From the human T2T-CHM13v2.0 reference genome, Homo sapiens, in assembly GCF_009914755.1 (NCBI RefSeq), contig NC_060947.1: a stretch of DNA of 64,000 nt, one strand, 5' to 3'. Positions 1 through 19,690 of the stretch are shown here, one piece after another. The notes beneath the pieces were generated by a model, which had not been told where the DNA came from, searched no databases, and saw only the letters and a list, made by a program, of their open reading frames with translations. Position 1 is the first letter of the stretch. Each line of letters starts with the position of its first letter. The translations under genes and the position numbers were made by a program.

Positions 1-318
1 AGGGGGGGAAACTGAGATAATCAGATAGATACATTCACTCATTCATGTTTATTTTTTTTCTATCTGGAATGTGAAGTAAGAAAAGCAGAAAGAAATTACT
101 TGGGCTTCAAGGTCATACAAATTTTGGAAACTGGGGTGCCCGTTTTGGGGTCATGTGCAAGCGCTTGAGTAACTGGAGAAAGCTGGTTCTTCCAGAGCAA
201 AGTAGACACAAAACCCTAAGGAATGAAGAGAACAGTAACTTGGATTCCTGAGATCTTTTTTCCTAGTTCCTATGAGGCCTGGCTTCATTCTATTTTCTTT
301 CTTTAAATTTTATTATTT

Positions 319-609
319 TGCCAGGTGCAGTGACTCATGTCTGTAATCCCAGCACTTTGGGAGGCGGAGGTGGGTGGATCGCTTGAGCCCAGGAAATTGA
401 GACCAACCCAGGCAACATGGTGAAACCCTGTCTCTACAAAAAAATACAAAAATTATCCGCGTGTGGTAGCGTGCACCTGTAGTCCCAGCTACTTGGAGGC
501 TGAGGTGTGAGGACAGCTTGGGCCCAGGTGGTCGAGGCTGCAGTGAGCCATGATTGTGCTACTGCACTCCAGCCTGGGAGACAGAGTGGGACCCTGTCTC
601 AAAAAGAAA
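319..609 (+). mobile_element. Alu (J-like)
   Basis: Dimeric Alu consensus with A tail. Confidence 0.93.
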
Positions 610-1159
610 GCTTTATGATATTTCTGTATCTTTATAATATATTTACTACTTCTTTCTAGTTTCATCCTTGCCATTACCACTTGGCAAACTCCTGGTCATC
701 CTTCAATTCTCAGTATCACCTCCTCTATGACGGCTCTTTCTCTTCCTCTCTCTCCTTACTTCTCATTGTAATTGTTTCCATGTGTAGCCATCTCTGTCCT
801 GAAATTCTAGCTATATCTCACAGATAATAGGCATAAAGAAACAAAATTACTAAATAAAGTTGGTGACAGAGCTAGGACAACAGTATAGGCCTTTCCATTT
901 GTCCTCTAATGTTCTTTCACTCACTATGTCCCTCACTAAGGAAATGAGATATCAGATAGGAATACCAAATGGCAGCAAAGAGATACCAATAGATACCAAA
1001 AGGCAGCACATCTCAGAAATGAGGCCGAATGGGAGCTGTGCAGAGCATGAACACTCGACAATAGTTGAAGAATACAGGAATCTAGTAAAGGATGGAACTA
1101 AGAATTACCCAAACCCTTCATTTTCCTATAATATTGTTCCTGATACACTTTTTTTTTTC

Positions 1160-1870
1160 TGGCTTCTGCAACTCCTTGCTGTCGTGATTTTCTATCTCTT
1201 CAGCTATTCCTTCTCTATCTCATTTGCTAGCTATTCCTCCTTTTCTACAACCTCCAAAATTTGGAAGAACCTCAGTCCTCAAGTCCTTTTTTCTTCTCCC
1301 TCTATATACTCTTCTAAATCATCTAAGTAGCAACCATTCCCAAATCTCTGTATCTACCCAAGATCTCTCTCTGTGCTCCTAATCCACATATCTAACTTCC
1401 TATTTAGTCCTTTCATTCAGATATCTTACAGAGACTTCAAACTCAGCATGTCCAAAGTATACTGCATCATCTGCTTCCAGGGTTGCCCAAGTTAGTCAGT
1501 GGCACCATCATATATCAGGTGCCCAAGCCAGAGACGGCAAGTCAGCTTTGACTCCTCTTCCTCCTTTACTTCCTTTATCTAATCATCAAACCCTATCCTT
1601 TCTAATTCCTAATTCACTTCTGTTGCTCTCTGCTGACACTGATCTATCCTAGCCATCAATATCCATACTGAACAATGGCAATGGCCTCCCAATTCTCCCC
1701 ATATCCAAATGTGTTCCTTCCTATACTATAGCCATACTGTAGCCAAAAAAAAACAACCTTTAAAAATGGTGATCTGATCACATGCCTTAGGATGGCATCC
1801 ACATCTTCAAGATAAACCCCAAATCCTTGCCTTGTCTTAAAAGTCCCATCAAAATCTTGCCTTTATTTCC
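1160..1870 (+). mobile_element. L2 LINE relic
   Basis: ttcaaactcagcatgtccaaa, ccaagccagagac, tctgatcacatg motifs; pyrimidine-rich. Confidence 0.6.
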
Positions 1871-2289
1871 TGTGAACCTCTTGAGCTCTCAATGGTGTGT
1901 ATAAGAAATATGAATAGCTTTAGTACTTTTTCGAGTCTGGCAAAAAGAGCAAGTATGTTTTTTATATTTCCTAATAAGATTCAATGACTCTGCCTACTAT
2001 CTAAAGTAAACAAATGGCAGAGGGACAAATGACCTTCTCTCTATTTCTGAGTATTACAAATTTTCTTAGACCTAGTGACCTTACAATGATAAGAAACCCA
2101 CTCTAGTTAAAAGCATTCTGGTCAAGTCCACAGATATAAATGAGGGCCATAAAATAAATCAGAATTTATCTATGACTCTCTTTGTCTAGCCTTATACATA
2201 TGAGTACAGTTTTTTAATGAAGTAAGACATATACTAATTTATATGACAGAGATTAGTCCTTTAAATCACAATTTAAAATTGAAGCCTAC

Positions 2290-3330
2290 AACCCTCAGAC
2301 AGTGCTGGTGGCGATGCAAAATGACACAACATTTGAGGAAGGAATTTGACATTAGCAACAGTATGAAATAACGTATGCACAAGGTTATTCATGTAGTAAA
2401 AGAAGGCTGAAAATAATCCCAAAGTCCATCATTAGGGGAATGGTTTAATAAACAATTCTTTGCCATAATGGAGTATTCAGCAGGCATAAACAGGAATGAA
2501 GAAGATGTCTACTTACTGCCATGGAGTGATCCCCAGTGTTTTCATATTAAAATTTTTTAAAAATCAAGGTTTAGATGAGAATATATGGAAGTGTGTAAGA
2601 AGGGGGGTGGCACAAAATCATATACATATCTTCTCATATTTTCAAATAAAAATAATGGAAAAATAAAATAACTAATTTTTAAAAATTGTTTTCTTTAGGG
2701 CAAGAAAGTGAATGGGGACAGGGATGCAAACTAGACCTTTCTGAATGAACCCTATTCACAGGTTTGACTTTGTGTAATCATATACATGTTTTTCATAATC
2801 TAAAACCAAAATTAAAGCAAGGAGAAAAAAAAGACAATTTTAAAAATTAAAAACAAACTGATGCAGATATCTGAATAAGATCAGTGGATTGTATCAATGT
2901 CAATATCCTGGCTGTGACACAGTAGTTTTGCAGAATGTTAATTTTGGGAAGAATTGGGCAAAGTCTACAAGGATCTATATTTCTTATAGCTGTATGTGAA
3001 TCTAAAATTGTAATAAAAACTATGTAAATAAAAAAACAAACTGAAACAAACAAACAAACTTAAATCTATCTATATCAAGCTTGTGGCAAAACCACAATGA
3101 GAAGAGTTATTTAAAATTTCTTTAAAACCCAGGGTTTTGATTGTGCATTCCTGTGGGATATACCCTTCGGATGAAAAGAAGTGCAAAGAAATCCTAATCT
3201 GCATTCAATAGTCTTATTTTTATTGCATATTTAAACTAGTAGGATGAAGCAAATAAGTATATTAATGTGGCAAGGAACCCAGATTTTCAGAGATAAGATA
3301 TACAAATATAAAACTTAAAAAGTTAAAAAC
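2290..3330 (+). mobile_element. Old L1 3'UTR fragments (L1MC/ME-type with an L1MD-type 3' end at ~2870-3030)
   Basis: tgtatcaatgtcaatatcctggctgtga...tgtgaatctaaaatt 3'-end motif; similar to 43560-44060. Confidence 0.55.
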
Positions 3331-3543
3331 TATGTAATTTCTTTCTCACTTAAAAAAACTTTATATTATGGAAAATTTCAAAAGTAGAAAATACAGAGTT
3401 TCATACATTCATTACACTGCTCTAACAATTAACAACACATTGGCCAATCTTGTTTCACCTGTATTCCAACATAGTACCCACTGCCTACCCACTGCTTGAT
3501 TTTGAGGCAAATCCCGGACATCAATAAAACATTATGCATAAAT

Positions 3544-3920
<377 letters not shown>

Positions 3921-4039
3921 TTACTTATAATAATTCCTTATAATTTAATAACTGTCTTGTAAATAAAAATCTGTAATTGCTACTTTAAACTGGAAATGGT
4001 GTAAACTCATGGTTTCTTTTTTGTTTGTTTAGAGTAAAG

Positions 4040-5510
4040 AAAACTTTTTATTTTAGAATAATTTTAGATTGACGTAAAAGTTGCAAAGATAGTACAGTTG
4101 ATCCTTTAACAACACAGTTCTGAACTGTATGGGTCCACTTATATGCAGAATGTTTTCAACCAAATGCAGATAAAAAATACAGTATTTGCTAAATGCGAAA
4201 CCTGCCTATATGGAAGGCTAACTTCCTATATATGGGTTCCACAGGGCTGACTGCAGAGCTTGAGATGCGTGGATTTTAGTACACGTGAGGTTCCAGGAAC
4301 CAATCCCCTGCATATATACTGAGGAATGATTGTACAGAGAGTTCCTGTATACCACTAAATGAACTTCTTCTAGTGTTATCATCTTAGGTAACTATAGTAC
4401 ACTTGTAAAAGCTAAGAGTAACTCTGGTACATTACTATTAACTAAACTCCAGACTTTACCTGGACTTCATCAGTTTGTCAACTATATACTTTTTCCCTTG
4501 CCATTTAGGATTCCACGTTGCATTTAGTCGTCAAGATTCCTTAGTCTCCTCTGGTTGGTGACAGTTTCTTAGTCTTTACTTGTTTTTCATGACCTTGATA
4601 GTTTTAAAGCATGCTGGCCAAGTATTTTATAGAATGTTCCTCAATTTGGGTTTGTCTGATGTCTCCCTCTTGCCTAGGTCAGGGTTATGGGTTTCTTGGG
4701 AAGAATATCAGAGGTGAAATGCCCTTCTCATCACATCATATCAAGGAGCGGATGATATACGCAGGAATGATCACTGGTAATGCTAATGTGATCACTTGGT
4801 GAAGATAATCTGTTAGTTCTCTCTACTGTAAAATTACTATTTCCCTCTCCATACTTTGTTCTTTGAAAGTGAGTTACTAAGTCCAACCTACACTCAAGGG
4901 TGGAGGGAAATTATCTATACCTAACACTTGGAATTCTTCTTTTTTTCTCTCTCAATTGTTTATCTAATTATTTCTTTATATCACTATGCACTCATAAGTA
5001 TTTATTTTATACTTTGGATTGTAATCTATACTGTGTTATTTTTTGCTCAAATTGTTCCAGTTTTGGCCACTGGACATGCTTTCAGGTTGGTTCCTATGTC
5101 TCTCTGATATGCCCCCATCTTTTTGAATACTTCCTTACCTTCAGGCACTCTAAGATGCTTCATGTTTATCTTATATTTTCTCTTTTCCAGCCCTAGAATT
5201 TATAATCATTTTTCCGAGGATCCCTGGCTGCTTAAATTAGAGGAGGACATTCAGAAACAAAAATCTAGGTGTGGGTATGCTTTAGGCTCTCTAAGTGGAC
5301 AGAGCTAGGAATGTATGTGTACTAACTCATGTATGCACATATAATTTATGATTTCTGTATATATCTGTACATGTATATGTGTATGTGTGCGTGTGTGTAC
5401 ATATAATAAATTCAATATGAGATTATACTGCTGTCTTCAACTCTAATCTAGTAGCTAAGAGTTCATTCTAGCCTTCCCTATTGCTTATCTGTAATTTTCT
5501 GACAGAATTT
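4040..5510 (-). mobile_element. L1MC4-like 3' region
   Basis: ttttagaataattttagattg...aaagttgcaaagatagta|cagagagttcc 3'-end signature, split by MER8. Confidence 0.7.
4095..4332 (-). mobile_element. MER8 (Tigger2-derived MITE)
   Basis: 238 bp, cagttgatcctt...gaggaatgattg termini, TA duplicated on both sides. Confidence 0.85.
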
Positions 5511-5624
5511 TAATGTTCTGCATGTTAAAAAAAAATCAACAAGCAAAATAAAACAGGCAGATTTGGGGAAAATATTTACAAATACATGAAAAAGGTAAAT
5601 ATCTTTAGCAAATAAAGAATTCTT

Positions 5625-5774
5625 CGCCAGGTGTGGTGGCTCATGCCTGTAATCCCTGCACTTTGGGAGGCCAAGGTGGGAGGACTGCTTGAGCCCAGGA
5701 GTTCAGAACCAGCCTAGGCAAGCAAGGGAGAGCCCATCTCTATTAAAAACAAAAAACAAAAACAAACAAACAAA
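5625..5774 (+). mobile_element. FLAM / Alu left monomer
   Basis: Single monomer with (AAAC)n tail; TSD aaagaattctt. Confidence 0.9.
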
Positions 5775-6114
5775 AAAGAATTCTTACAACTAAAACAACT
5801 AAGGAAAACTAAACAACTAATGAAAGTGACTAGATGCAAAAGAAATGGGTAAATTTACTTTTAAAATATTTGACCACACTAATGACAAAATAAATGCAAA
5901 TTAAACCAAAACATCCTTTTGACCTATCAAAATGTAAACATAGATACATTTATTTACCATGTGTGAATATAAATTGGTAAATCTTTATGGAGAGTAATAT
6001 GAAAACTACGTTAAAAGAGTTTTAAATACATTGCTAGAGTTCTGCTTCTTGTAATGGTAGACTAGATGATGTCTCCCATTGAAGACAACTAAATAAGTAA
6101 AAAAAAAAAGTACT

Positions 6115-6370
6115 TTTTTCTTTTCTTTTTCTTTTTCTTTTTTTTTTTTTTTGAGACAGAGTCTCACTCTGTCGCCTAGGCTGGAGTACAGTAGTATGAT
6201 CTTGGCTCATTGTAGCCTCCATCTCCTGTGCCCAAGTGATCCTCCCGCCTCAGTCTCCTGAGTAGCTGGGACTATAGGTGCATACCCCCATGCTTGGCTA
6301 ATTTTTAAACTTTTTTAGAGATGAGGTCTCACTATATTTCCCAGGCTGGTCTCTAATTCCTGGGCTCAAA
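6115..6370 (-). mobile_element. Alu (J-like, truncated)
   Basis: Poly-T then Alu reverse complement, ending mid left monomer. Confidence 0.9.
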
Positions 6371-6605
6371 AGGGAAAATGAGTGAGAATTCAAGAGAATC
6401 TGATAAACTCTACTCTCCAGCACTGAGCTGATGCCCTAAAGAGCTAGGGGTGAACTGGAAGCAATCAGCCCCTTCACAGACTTGCAACCCGGCTTTACAT
6501 CTAGGTGGCACTGAAAATCTAAGCCTTAAATCTTGAGTAAGAAAGTCTTAAACAGCTAGGTGCCTGAAGGTTCGCAGTAGAAGCAGCAAATAAAAATCCT
6601 CTTTG

Positions 6606-6903
6606 GGCCAGGCACAGTGGCTCATGCCTGTAATCTCAGCACTCTGAGGAGGCAGGATGATTCCTTGAGCCCAGGAGTTCAAGACCAGCCTGGGAAACAC
6701 AGTGAGACTATGTCTGTACTAAAAATAAAAAAAATTAAGTGGCTGTGGTGGTGTGTGCCTGTCATCCCAGCTACTCAGGAGGCTGAGGCAGGAAGATCAC
6801 TTGAGCCCAGGAGGTAGAAGCTGCAGTGAGCTGTGATTGAGCCACAGCATTTCAGTCTGGGCAACAGAGTAAGACCCTGTCTCAACAACAACAACAACAA
6901 CAA
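6606..6903 (+). mobile_element. Alu (J-like)
   Basis: Dimeric Alu, (CAA)n tail; TSD aaaat(t)cctctttg. Confidence 0.93.
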
Positions 6904-7181
6904 CAAAATTCCTCTTTGGAGAAAGAAAGCATCATCTTAGGCCAATAATTTTCAACATAATTTCTAGCACAAGACAAAAATGAATAAGGTACATGAAGGG
7001 ATAAGAGATCTCGACCAATAACCAGCAAAAATAACAGACAATAAAAGCAAACCCACAGGGACTTCATATACTGAGATTATCCAGCACAGATTATCAAACA
7101 ATGAAGCTTACTATGCCCTAGAACATAAAAGCTGAGCTTGTTTTTTTTTTTTGCAAGAGAATAAAAGCCAAAAATAATACA

Positions 7182-7667
<486 letters not shown>

Positions 7668-8901
7668 TAAAACTGAAAAATATAATTAACATTTAAAAAT
7701 TAGTGAATAGATTAACATCAGATTAAACAGTACTGAAGAGAAAGAGACCAGTAAGAGAGGACAGAAGAAACAAAAAGACCAAAGCATGGAGAAAAAAAAA
7801 CATGCAAAATACAGAAAAGAAGGTAGAAGACATAGAAAATACCACAAGGTATACCTCTACCAATATTTAATTTGGTCACAAAGCTGACGAAAGAGATAAA
7901 GGGGCAGAAGCAACATTTGAAGAAATAATGGCTGAGAATTTTCTAAAACCATGAATAATATCAATACACTGATTGAAAAAACAAAGAACCTAAGGCAAGG
8001 TTCAAACACACATACGCACACTCTTAAGACACATCACAAACTACAGAAAACAAAAGATGAAATAATTTTTAATAACCTGAGAAATAATGACATTACCTTC
8101 AGAGAAGTTACAGCCCCTGCTAGCTGAATTCTCCACATCAATGGATGCCAGAACATAGTGGAATGATATCTAATGGAAAGAAAATGCCAATCTAGAATTC
8201 TCTACCCAGTGAATATCCTTCATGACTGAAGGGGATATAAGAAATAACTCTGAAACTAAGAAAAATGGAAAGTTTGCATCCAGCAGACTGACACAAGGAA
8301 AATGAACCCAGATAAAACCTTAGAGATGCTGAAAGAATAAAGAACAAACAAAGGATAAGTGTGTGGGTAAATCCAAATCGATACAAATAATATAAGAAAT
8401 AGGAGATGATATAAATACATGGGATTTATGTTTTTATACACACGAATATAATTTAAATACATGAAAAACATAGCCTAAAAGTCAAGGAAGGAATTATATA
8501 AAATTAACATGTTCTACAGTACTTGCACTGTTCAGGAGGACAATAATGGTATCAATATCAGAATTTGATGTGTTACGAAGCATACTGTAATTTCTGGGAT
8601 ATACACTAAGATAACAGAAAAGAGTGCTTAAACTTCAAAATTAACAGAGGGAAAATAGAATGATAAAAATATTCATTTGATTCAAATAAATCAAGAGAGA
8701 AAAAAACATGGAATAGGTGGTGCAAATAGAGAACACATAAGACCATAGATAAAACTCAAAATATACTAAAATATAATTAAATGTAAATGGACTAAATGAT
8801 CCAAGTAAAAGACAAAGATTGAGAGACTGGAATAAAACACAACTATATGCCTTTAACAAGAGGTACAAATAAAACCCAAGGATACAAAAAGGTTGAAACT
8901 A

Positions 8902-9305
<404 letters not shown>

Positions 9306-9656
9306 AAAAAGAATTACAAAGCTACAAGTTGTCACTGAAAAGAATAATAAAACTGGTAAATGTCTGGCAAGGCTGAGAAAGAAAAAGAGAAGGCACAAAT
9401 TACCAGTATCAAGAATGAAAAAGAAGACATGACTACAGAACCTGCAGTGGTATTATGAACTTTATGCCAAAACTGTTTAAAATTTAGATAAAATGCACTC
9501 ATTCTTAGCAAAATACAGTTTACTAAAAGTGACACAGTAATGAATAAAAACCCTGAATATTCCTATAAATATTTAAGGAATTGAACTAAGATTGAAAACT
9601 CTGGCCTGGATGGATTTAGAGGTGAGTTCTACAAATCACATAAAGAGAACAATAGA

Positions 9657-9959
<303 letters not shown>

Positions 9960-10044
9960 AGAACAATAGTAACAACAAAAAAACCGAGAGAACATTCCCC
10001 AATTCATTTTATGAGGCAAGTGTAATCTAGGTATGAAAACCAGG

Positions 10045-10350
10045 AAGCCACAGTGGTTCATACCTATAATCCCAACACTCTGGGAGGCTGGGCGGACAGA
10101 TCACCTGAGCCCAGGAGTCTGAGACCAGCCTGGGCAACATGGCAAAACCTCATCTCTACAAAATTAGCCAGGCATGGTGGCACGCCTGTGGTTCCAGCTA
10201 CTCAGAAAGGGGCTGAGGTAGGAGGAATAACTGAACCCAGGAGGTCGAGGCTGCAGTGAGCTGTGATGGTGCCACTGCCCTATGGCCTGGATGACAGAAT
10301 GAGACCCTGTCTCAAAAAAAAAAAAAAAAAAGTAAAAATAAATTAAAAAA
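10045..10350 (+). mobile_element. Alu (J-like)
   Basis: Diverged dimeric Alu with A tail. Confidence 0.9.
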
Positions 10351-10499
10351 GAGAGACACAGAAAGCCTAAACCAAACCCAACAATATGTAAAAAGGATTA
10401 TGAAGATCATAAATCATGACCAGGTTTGGTTAACCCAAGAATCAATGCAATTCACTACAGCAATAGATTGAAGGATGGTATTATATAATTATTTCAATA

Positions 10500-13296
<2,797 letters not shown>

Positions 13297-14148
13297 CATA
13301 TGCAGAAAAAAGACATTTGATAAAATTCATGATCCATTCATGCTTAGCAAACTCTAAGATCAGAAATAAGCAGAGATAACTGCCATCACCACTGCCCTGA
13401 ATGTTTTATCCATTGTAATAAAGGCAAGAAAAGATGTAAAAAAGTTGGAAAGGGCAAATCAAATCCTCCTTATACACAGATGATATGATTATGTATGGAG
13501 AAAATCCAAATGATTCTACAGATTAATTGTTGGAATTAATGAAGCCTGATGAATAGGAACACAAAGTTAGTACAAGGAAAGGGAAAGAGAAGGGAGAATG
13601 AGAGAAACTGACTTACCCTAAAAACAAAATACCTAAGAATAAATCTGACAATACATAAATCTAATACAGATGTACACAACCTCTACAGAGGAACATATAA
13701 AACTTTATTGCAAGAAATCAAAGAGCTAAATAAATGGGAAGATAGACACTATGTTCACGAATTGGATGATTCAACACTGTAAACATGTCAATTATTCTCA
13801 AATTGCTATCAAGATTTGATATAGTAATTCAAGACAAAAATCTCAATAGTTTTTTTGTTTTGGTGGAAATTGACAACCTCATTCTAAAATGTATATGAGA
13901 AATGCAGACAAGTACATCCCTTAAAACATGGCTGAAGAACAACGTGGAAGGATCTGCTCTACAAAATAGTGAAATCTGGGAATCACCCAAATACTCATTA
14001 GCATTAAAATGAATAAATAGTGCGAGTTTGTTCACTGCAATACTACATAGCAATAAAATAAAGGAACAGCTGCACAAAGCAACCAGATGAATCTCAGAGA
14101 CCAAAAATAGAGTATATACTGTAGGATTCCATTCAAATAAAGATTTTA

Positions 14149-14451
<303 letters not shown>

Positions 14452-15172
14452 TTAGCAGACGACAGTGAACTTTATTATTTGAGAATTCTGAGAATTCCTA
14501 TTTTGATGCTAGGGATATAAAAAGCACAGAAGTGAAGTCCAGATTAGTTATTTCTGAGAGAAGAAGGGGATTATCATGAGAAAGGGGAATTCAGGGGCTG
14601 TTGAGGTACTGGCAGTTTTAAAATTTCTTGACTTGGGTTATAGTTACATGGTTGTTCACTTCTACAATAATTCTTTAAGTTGTATATTTATGTGAATGTA
14701 TTTTTCAAAATGTGAGGCATTGTACTGAGAAAAAGGTTAAATCTAAGTATGATGTATGTATTTGTATGTATTCATATACTCTTTTACCCAGTTATTCTAC
14801 TTTCAGAAATGTATTCTGAGGAAACAAAGCAATCAAGGGGCGTGAACAAGTAATTATGTACAAGATATTAATTATAAATTATTTCTAATAGGGAAAAACA
14901 ATGTTAATGTTGAACTATAGGGAATTTATTAAACATGGCACATGCACACATTTAGATGTCTTAATGAAGTCATTAAAATATTGTATCCAAAAAATATTTA
15001 ATGGTATAGCAAAATGCTTCCAATAGAAGGAAATGGTCCAAAATGTTTGTGAATGACATTTATTTCTGTTACAATTTTTATAACAAAATTAAGACATTAT
15101 TTTTTGTCAAAATTTTCTGTAATTTCTAAATTTTTACAAGTTATGTATATGGCAAAGGTTGTACACTAAGAA

Positions 15173-15488
<316 letters not shown>

Positions 15489-15933
15489 TGAACAAACTAT
15501 ACTTCTTTTAAATAACAGAAAATTAACTGAATTTTCTTCAGATTTTATATGTACACAAATTTATTCAAAATTATTTTAGTGGCTTGAAGATTAGTTGTCA
15601 TAGACGAAAAGTTATCGGAGTGACAATTTCAAATGTATTTCTAAGACAGTAGCATCTGAATAGTTTATTTTCTCATATAGCATTCAAAGTTTAAAATCTG
15701 TTCTATACTGTAACATCCCAATCCAGGATTTGTTTTATACAAAAATCTGACCACCTAAATGTTTTTTAACAGATATAAAAATGATACTGTATTTACAGTT
15801 AAAAAGAAAAAAAAAAAAACCCCAAACTCCAAACCCTGTCATTATCTTTACAGTCAATTATATTTTGTTTGCAGATCCAGGAGTTTATATCAACTCTTTT
15901 AAAACCCTTCTTCTATTTATCTCTATTTTAGTT

Positions 15934-16462
15934 TGTGCAGAAGAGTTAATATAGCAGGCCTAAACTACTATCTCATAAAAGGCTTGAAAGGCCTACTAAG
16001 GTTGGCCCTTGAGAGGTTTATCTGGGAACTTGGATTTCAGGACGGTCCTCTACATTCCTGACTGAAAAGACTGACTCACTGTGTCTAAACTGTTTGTGCT
16101 AACAATGTGATTTAGGCTGAACACCTGCTTTCTTTCTGGGAGTCTGGAATTTGGTTAAGTGCCAAGTGGAAGATGCCTATGTGACCAGCCCCCAATAAAA
16201 ACCCAGGGCAGAGTCTCTAATAAGCTTCCCTGGTTGGCACCATTTCACATGTGTTGTCACAACTCATTGCTGGGGAGACCCTTGAAAGCTTGTGCCTGGT
16301 TTCCCCTGGACTTCAGCTAATGTATCTTTTCCTTTTGCTGATTTCTCTTTATATCCTTTAGCTATAATAAATCATAGCTGTGAATATGACTATATGCTGA
16401 GTCCTTTGAGTTTTCTTAGTGAATCATCAAGCCTGGGGGTGGTCTTGGGGATCCCTGACACA
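15934..16462 (+). mobile_element. ERVL solo LTR (MER68/MER77 type)
   Basis: TG...CA ends (tgtgcagaagagttaa...ccctgacaca), internal aataaa ~16194, 5-bp TSD tagtt/cagtt. Confidence 0.8.
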
Positions 16463-17579
16463 CAGTTTGCAAAACTAAAATCAACTAAACATTTTGATAC
16501 TGTGAGTCAAAAGAGATGTTTACTTTGCTGAAAGAACAAATAGCAATTTATATCATCACACATAAAAAGAAAAAATCAAAATAGATTATATAAGACTAGC
16601 TATGAAAATATGAGCAAATCTTCAAATAGATTAAAATGCTACAGTACAGATATTTATTGCTTGGTATGAGACAAACATATTTTCCCTTAAGCAGCAAGTT
16701 TGCTGGTAAGTAGTAATCAGTTCCACTCTATCAGTATAAATAAATTTCACAAACACTCCCTTCCCCAGGCATAAATACTAGACCAAAAAAAAATAATAAT
16801 AAAAAAAGAGCTTTCAGTTTATCGCCTTTGTGAGCTACAAAAACACAAACTGCTAATATTATTTTAAAATATACAAAAAAATTAAAGATATAAAAGGTAA
16901 AAATATTAAAGATAAAAAATTTAAAAGATACAAAAAAATTATTTTAAAAGATACACATCATGTCGGATGTGTTTTAAATCAATATTTAATTATTGTAAAA
17001 GTCTCCCCGTGGTATATGTAATCGCTCTGTAATAAGGTAATTAAAATTCCTTGGCCAGCCAATTTAGGATTTACAGCTTAACTCAAGTACCAGATACTAC
17101 TAAAGACAAGCCCAAATGTGTCACTTAGAAATAAATATTTAACTTGTGGGGATAACCCAACTCAGCCTGTCTTCAAAACTGAACCTGTATTTAAAATATG
17201 TTTCAGCAAATTGCTACAGACAGGTTCAAATTTAAGTGTAATCCCAAAGTAATGGATGTGCAAATATATGCAGATGTCTACAAAACTACTGTGTGTGTTG
17301 GGACAATGATGATATAGCCTTTATGTTGTATTACCCCCATTTTAAAGGTCAATCATCTCTTGACCTGCCCGGTCAGAACTCACATCTGCAAAAGTGAATG
17401 TCTAGAGGTGGGACCTGGGTACCTGCTTGTTTAACAAGTTTTATACCGGATTTTCTAACCTAAAATTTGAAATTTACTAATCTAATCTTTTCCATATCTA
17501 AAATTCTGGTTTTGTGAGTCTCTGTTTTTAAGCATGCTTTAAACTTATAAACCATTTGTGATTAAGTAGATATCAACTA

Positions 17580-18175
<596 letters not shown>

Positions 18176-18944
18176 ATCAACTAGTTCTAAGGATTTTCTA
18201 ACATGATAAACAACATTCTCGGGCCATATAATTTCATGACTTCAGTTTAGGAAGAAAAAAAGGAGTGTTGGTTATACATAGTCTGTGGCAAAGACAGATA
18301 TGGACACCATATTAAGAAACTCACTCATGATCCAAATATGCTGTTTTGTCTAGCCTTTTCTCCACCAAAATGATAAATGCTGCTTCTAAGTAGCCAACAA
18401 ACAACAAAACTAACTGACCTAATTTTATTTTATTTTTTTGCCTTTCATTGTCTACACTGTATGGGTGTCATGTTACAAAAACTGTAAAAAGGATCCAGAT
18501 AACCCATAACCTGAGCAATGAGCCCCTAAATACCAGGGGTAATTACATCTGTTGCCAGAAACATGAGGGCAATTCTGGAGTAGCTTAGTCTACGTAGCAG
18601 CTATAGAAGCAATCTCTCACCTAGCCAGTAGGTGGAACTATACACAAGTGCATTGGCTTTGTTTTTTGCTCCACATGACTTTAAATCTTAGAGTAATCGA
18701 TATTTTTGGTTTGTTTGAAACCCAGGAGATAAGGAGGATGCAAAAAACTGTGCAAGGCCAATTGTTGAGGTGAATTTACAAAACAATGATACAAAAGAAC
18801 AATTTTCTATTTCTAGTTTGCTTCTGGCCCTTTTGAGAAATAACTAAGTTATTTTAACTGAATTTATAATCTACTTTCAGGTCCCTAGAGCTAATAAAAC
18901 AATTCTAAATTCAGAAATCTGTCAGTTAAAATTCATGTTCAATC

Positions 18945-19245
18945 AGGGAAAACTGAGTATCAACTGATCATGACATGATATTAAGGAATTATTGTTGATT
19001 TTGTTAGGTATAATAATAATATGATCATTTAAAAAATCCTTATCTGTTAGAAATACAAACAAGAGTATTTATAGGTGAAATTATAGTGCTTTAGAAATCT
19101 CCAGGGGAGAAAAAGACATCAGGAGGAACAGAATAGGAATGGCAAAATGTTTTGATAACTATTGAAGCTTGGTGACCAGTATGCTGGGGTTTATTATACT
19201 ATTCTCTCTTTTCATTTGAAATTTTCCACAATTACACTGTTAAAA
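18945..19245 (+). mobile_element. L1ME-type 3' end
   Basis: gatattaaggaattattgttgattttgttagg...tttgaaattttccacaat signature. Confidence 0.65.
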
Positions 19246-19499
19246 AAGAAAACAAAACAAAAGAAAACATAAGGCCATGTTCTAGTGATTTGGGTTAACA
19301 CTGGGATCAGGTCACTGGAAAATATCCAATTTAACCAGGTCTCATCTCGATATACAGCCAACCATGAATTATTTCCATCACAACATACAAAATTAGTTAC
19401 ATAAAATCCCACACAGACTACTTCAACAATGAGGGACTAAAACTATCCTGTTAAAGCCACTGGAAATAATACTTTATAGTTAAAAAGCACTTCACCACT

Positions 19500-19690
19500 T
19501 ACAAAGGGAAGTCACATACAGTTTCTCATCTAGTTCTCATAATCTTAGGAAGATTCTGAAGGTAAGCAAACTGAGGCTCAGGGAACTTATAAAACTTGGC
19601 CAACCTCACATAATTAGTAAAAGTGACAGAGCTGGGATGTTAACCCAGGTTTTATGAAACCAAAGATCCTTTTTTCTCTACTACACTGTC
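19500..19690 (-). mobile_element. MIR
   Basis: aaactgaggctcaggg core. Confidence 0.6.

Noticed and set aside
860-1330. 156-aa ORF with a hydrophobic stretch
   Set aside because: Non-ATG start, no recognisable domain, and the hydrophobic part comes from the pyrimidine-rich L2 relic.
16860-16980. AAAGATA-type repeats and a 7-bp hairpin
   Set aside because: Low-complexity AT-rich DNA; expected by chance.
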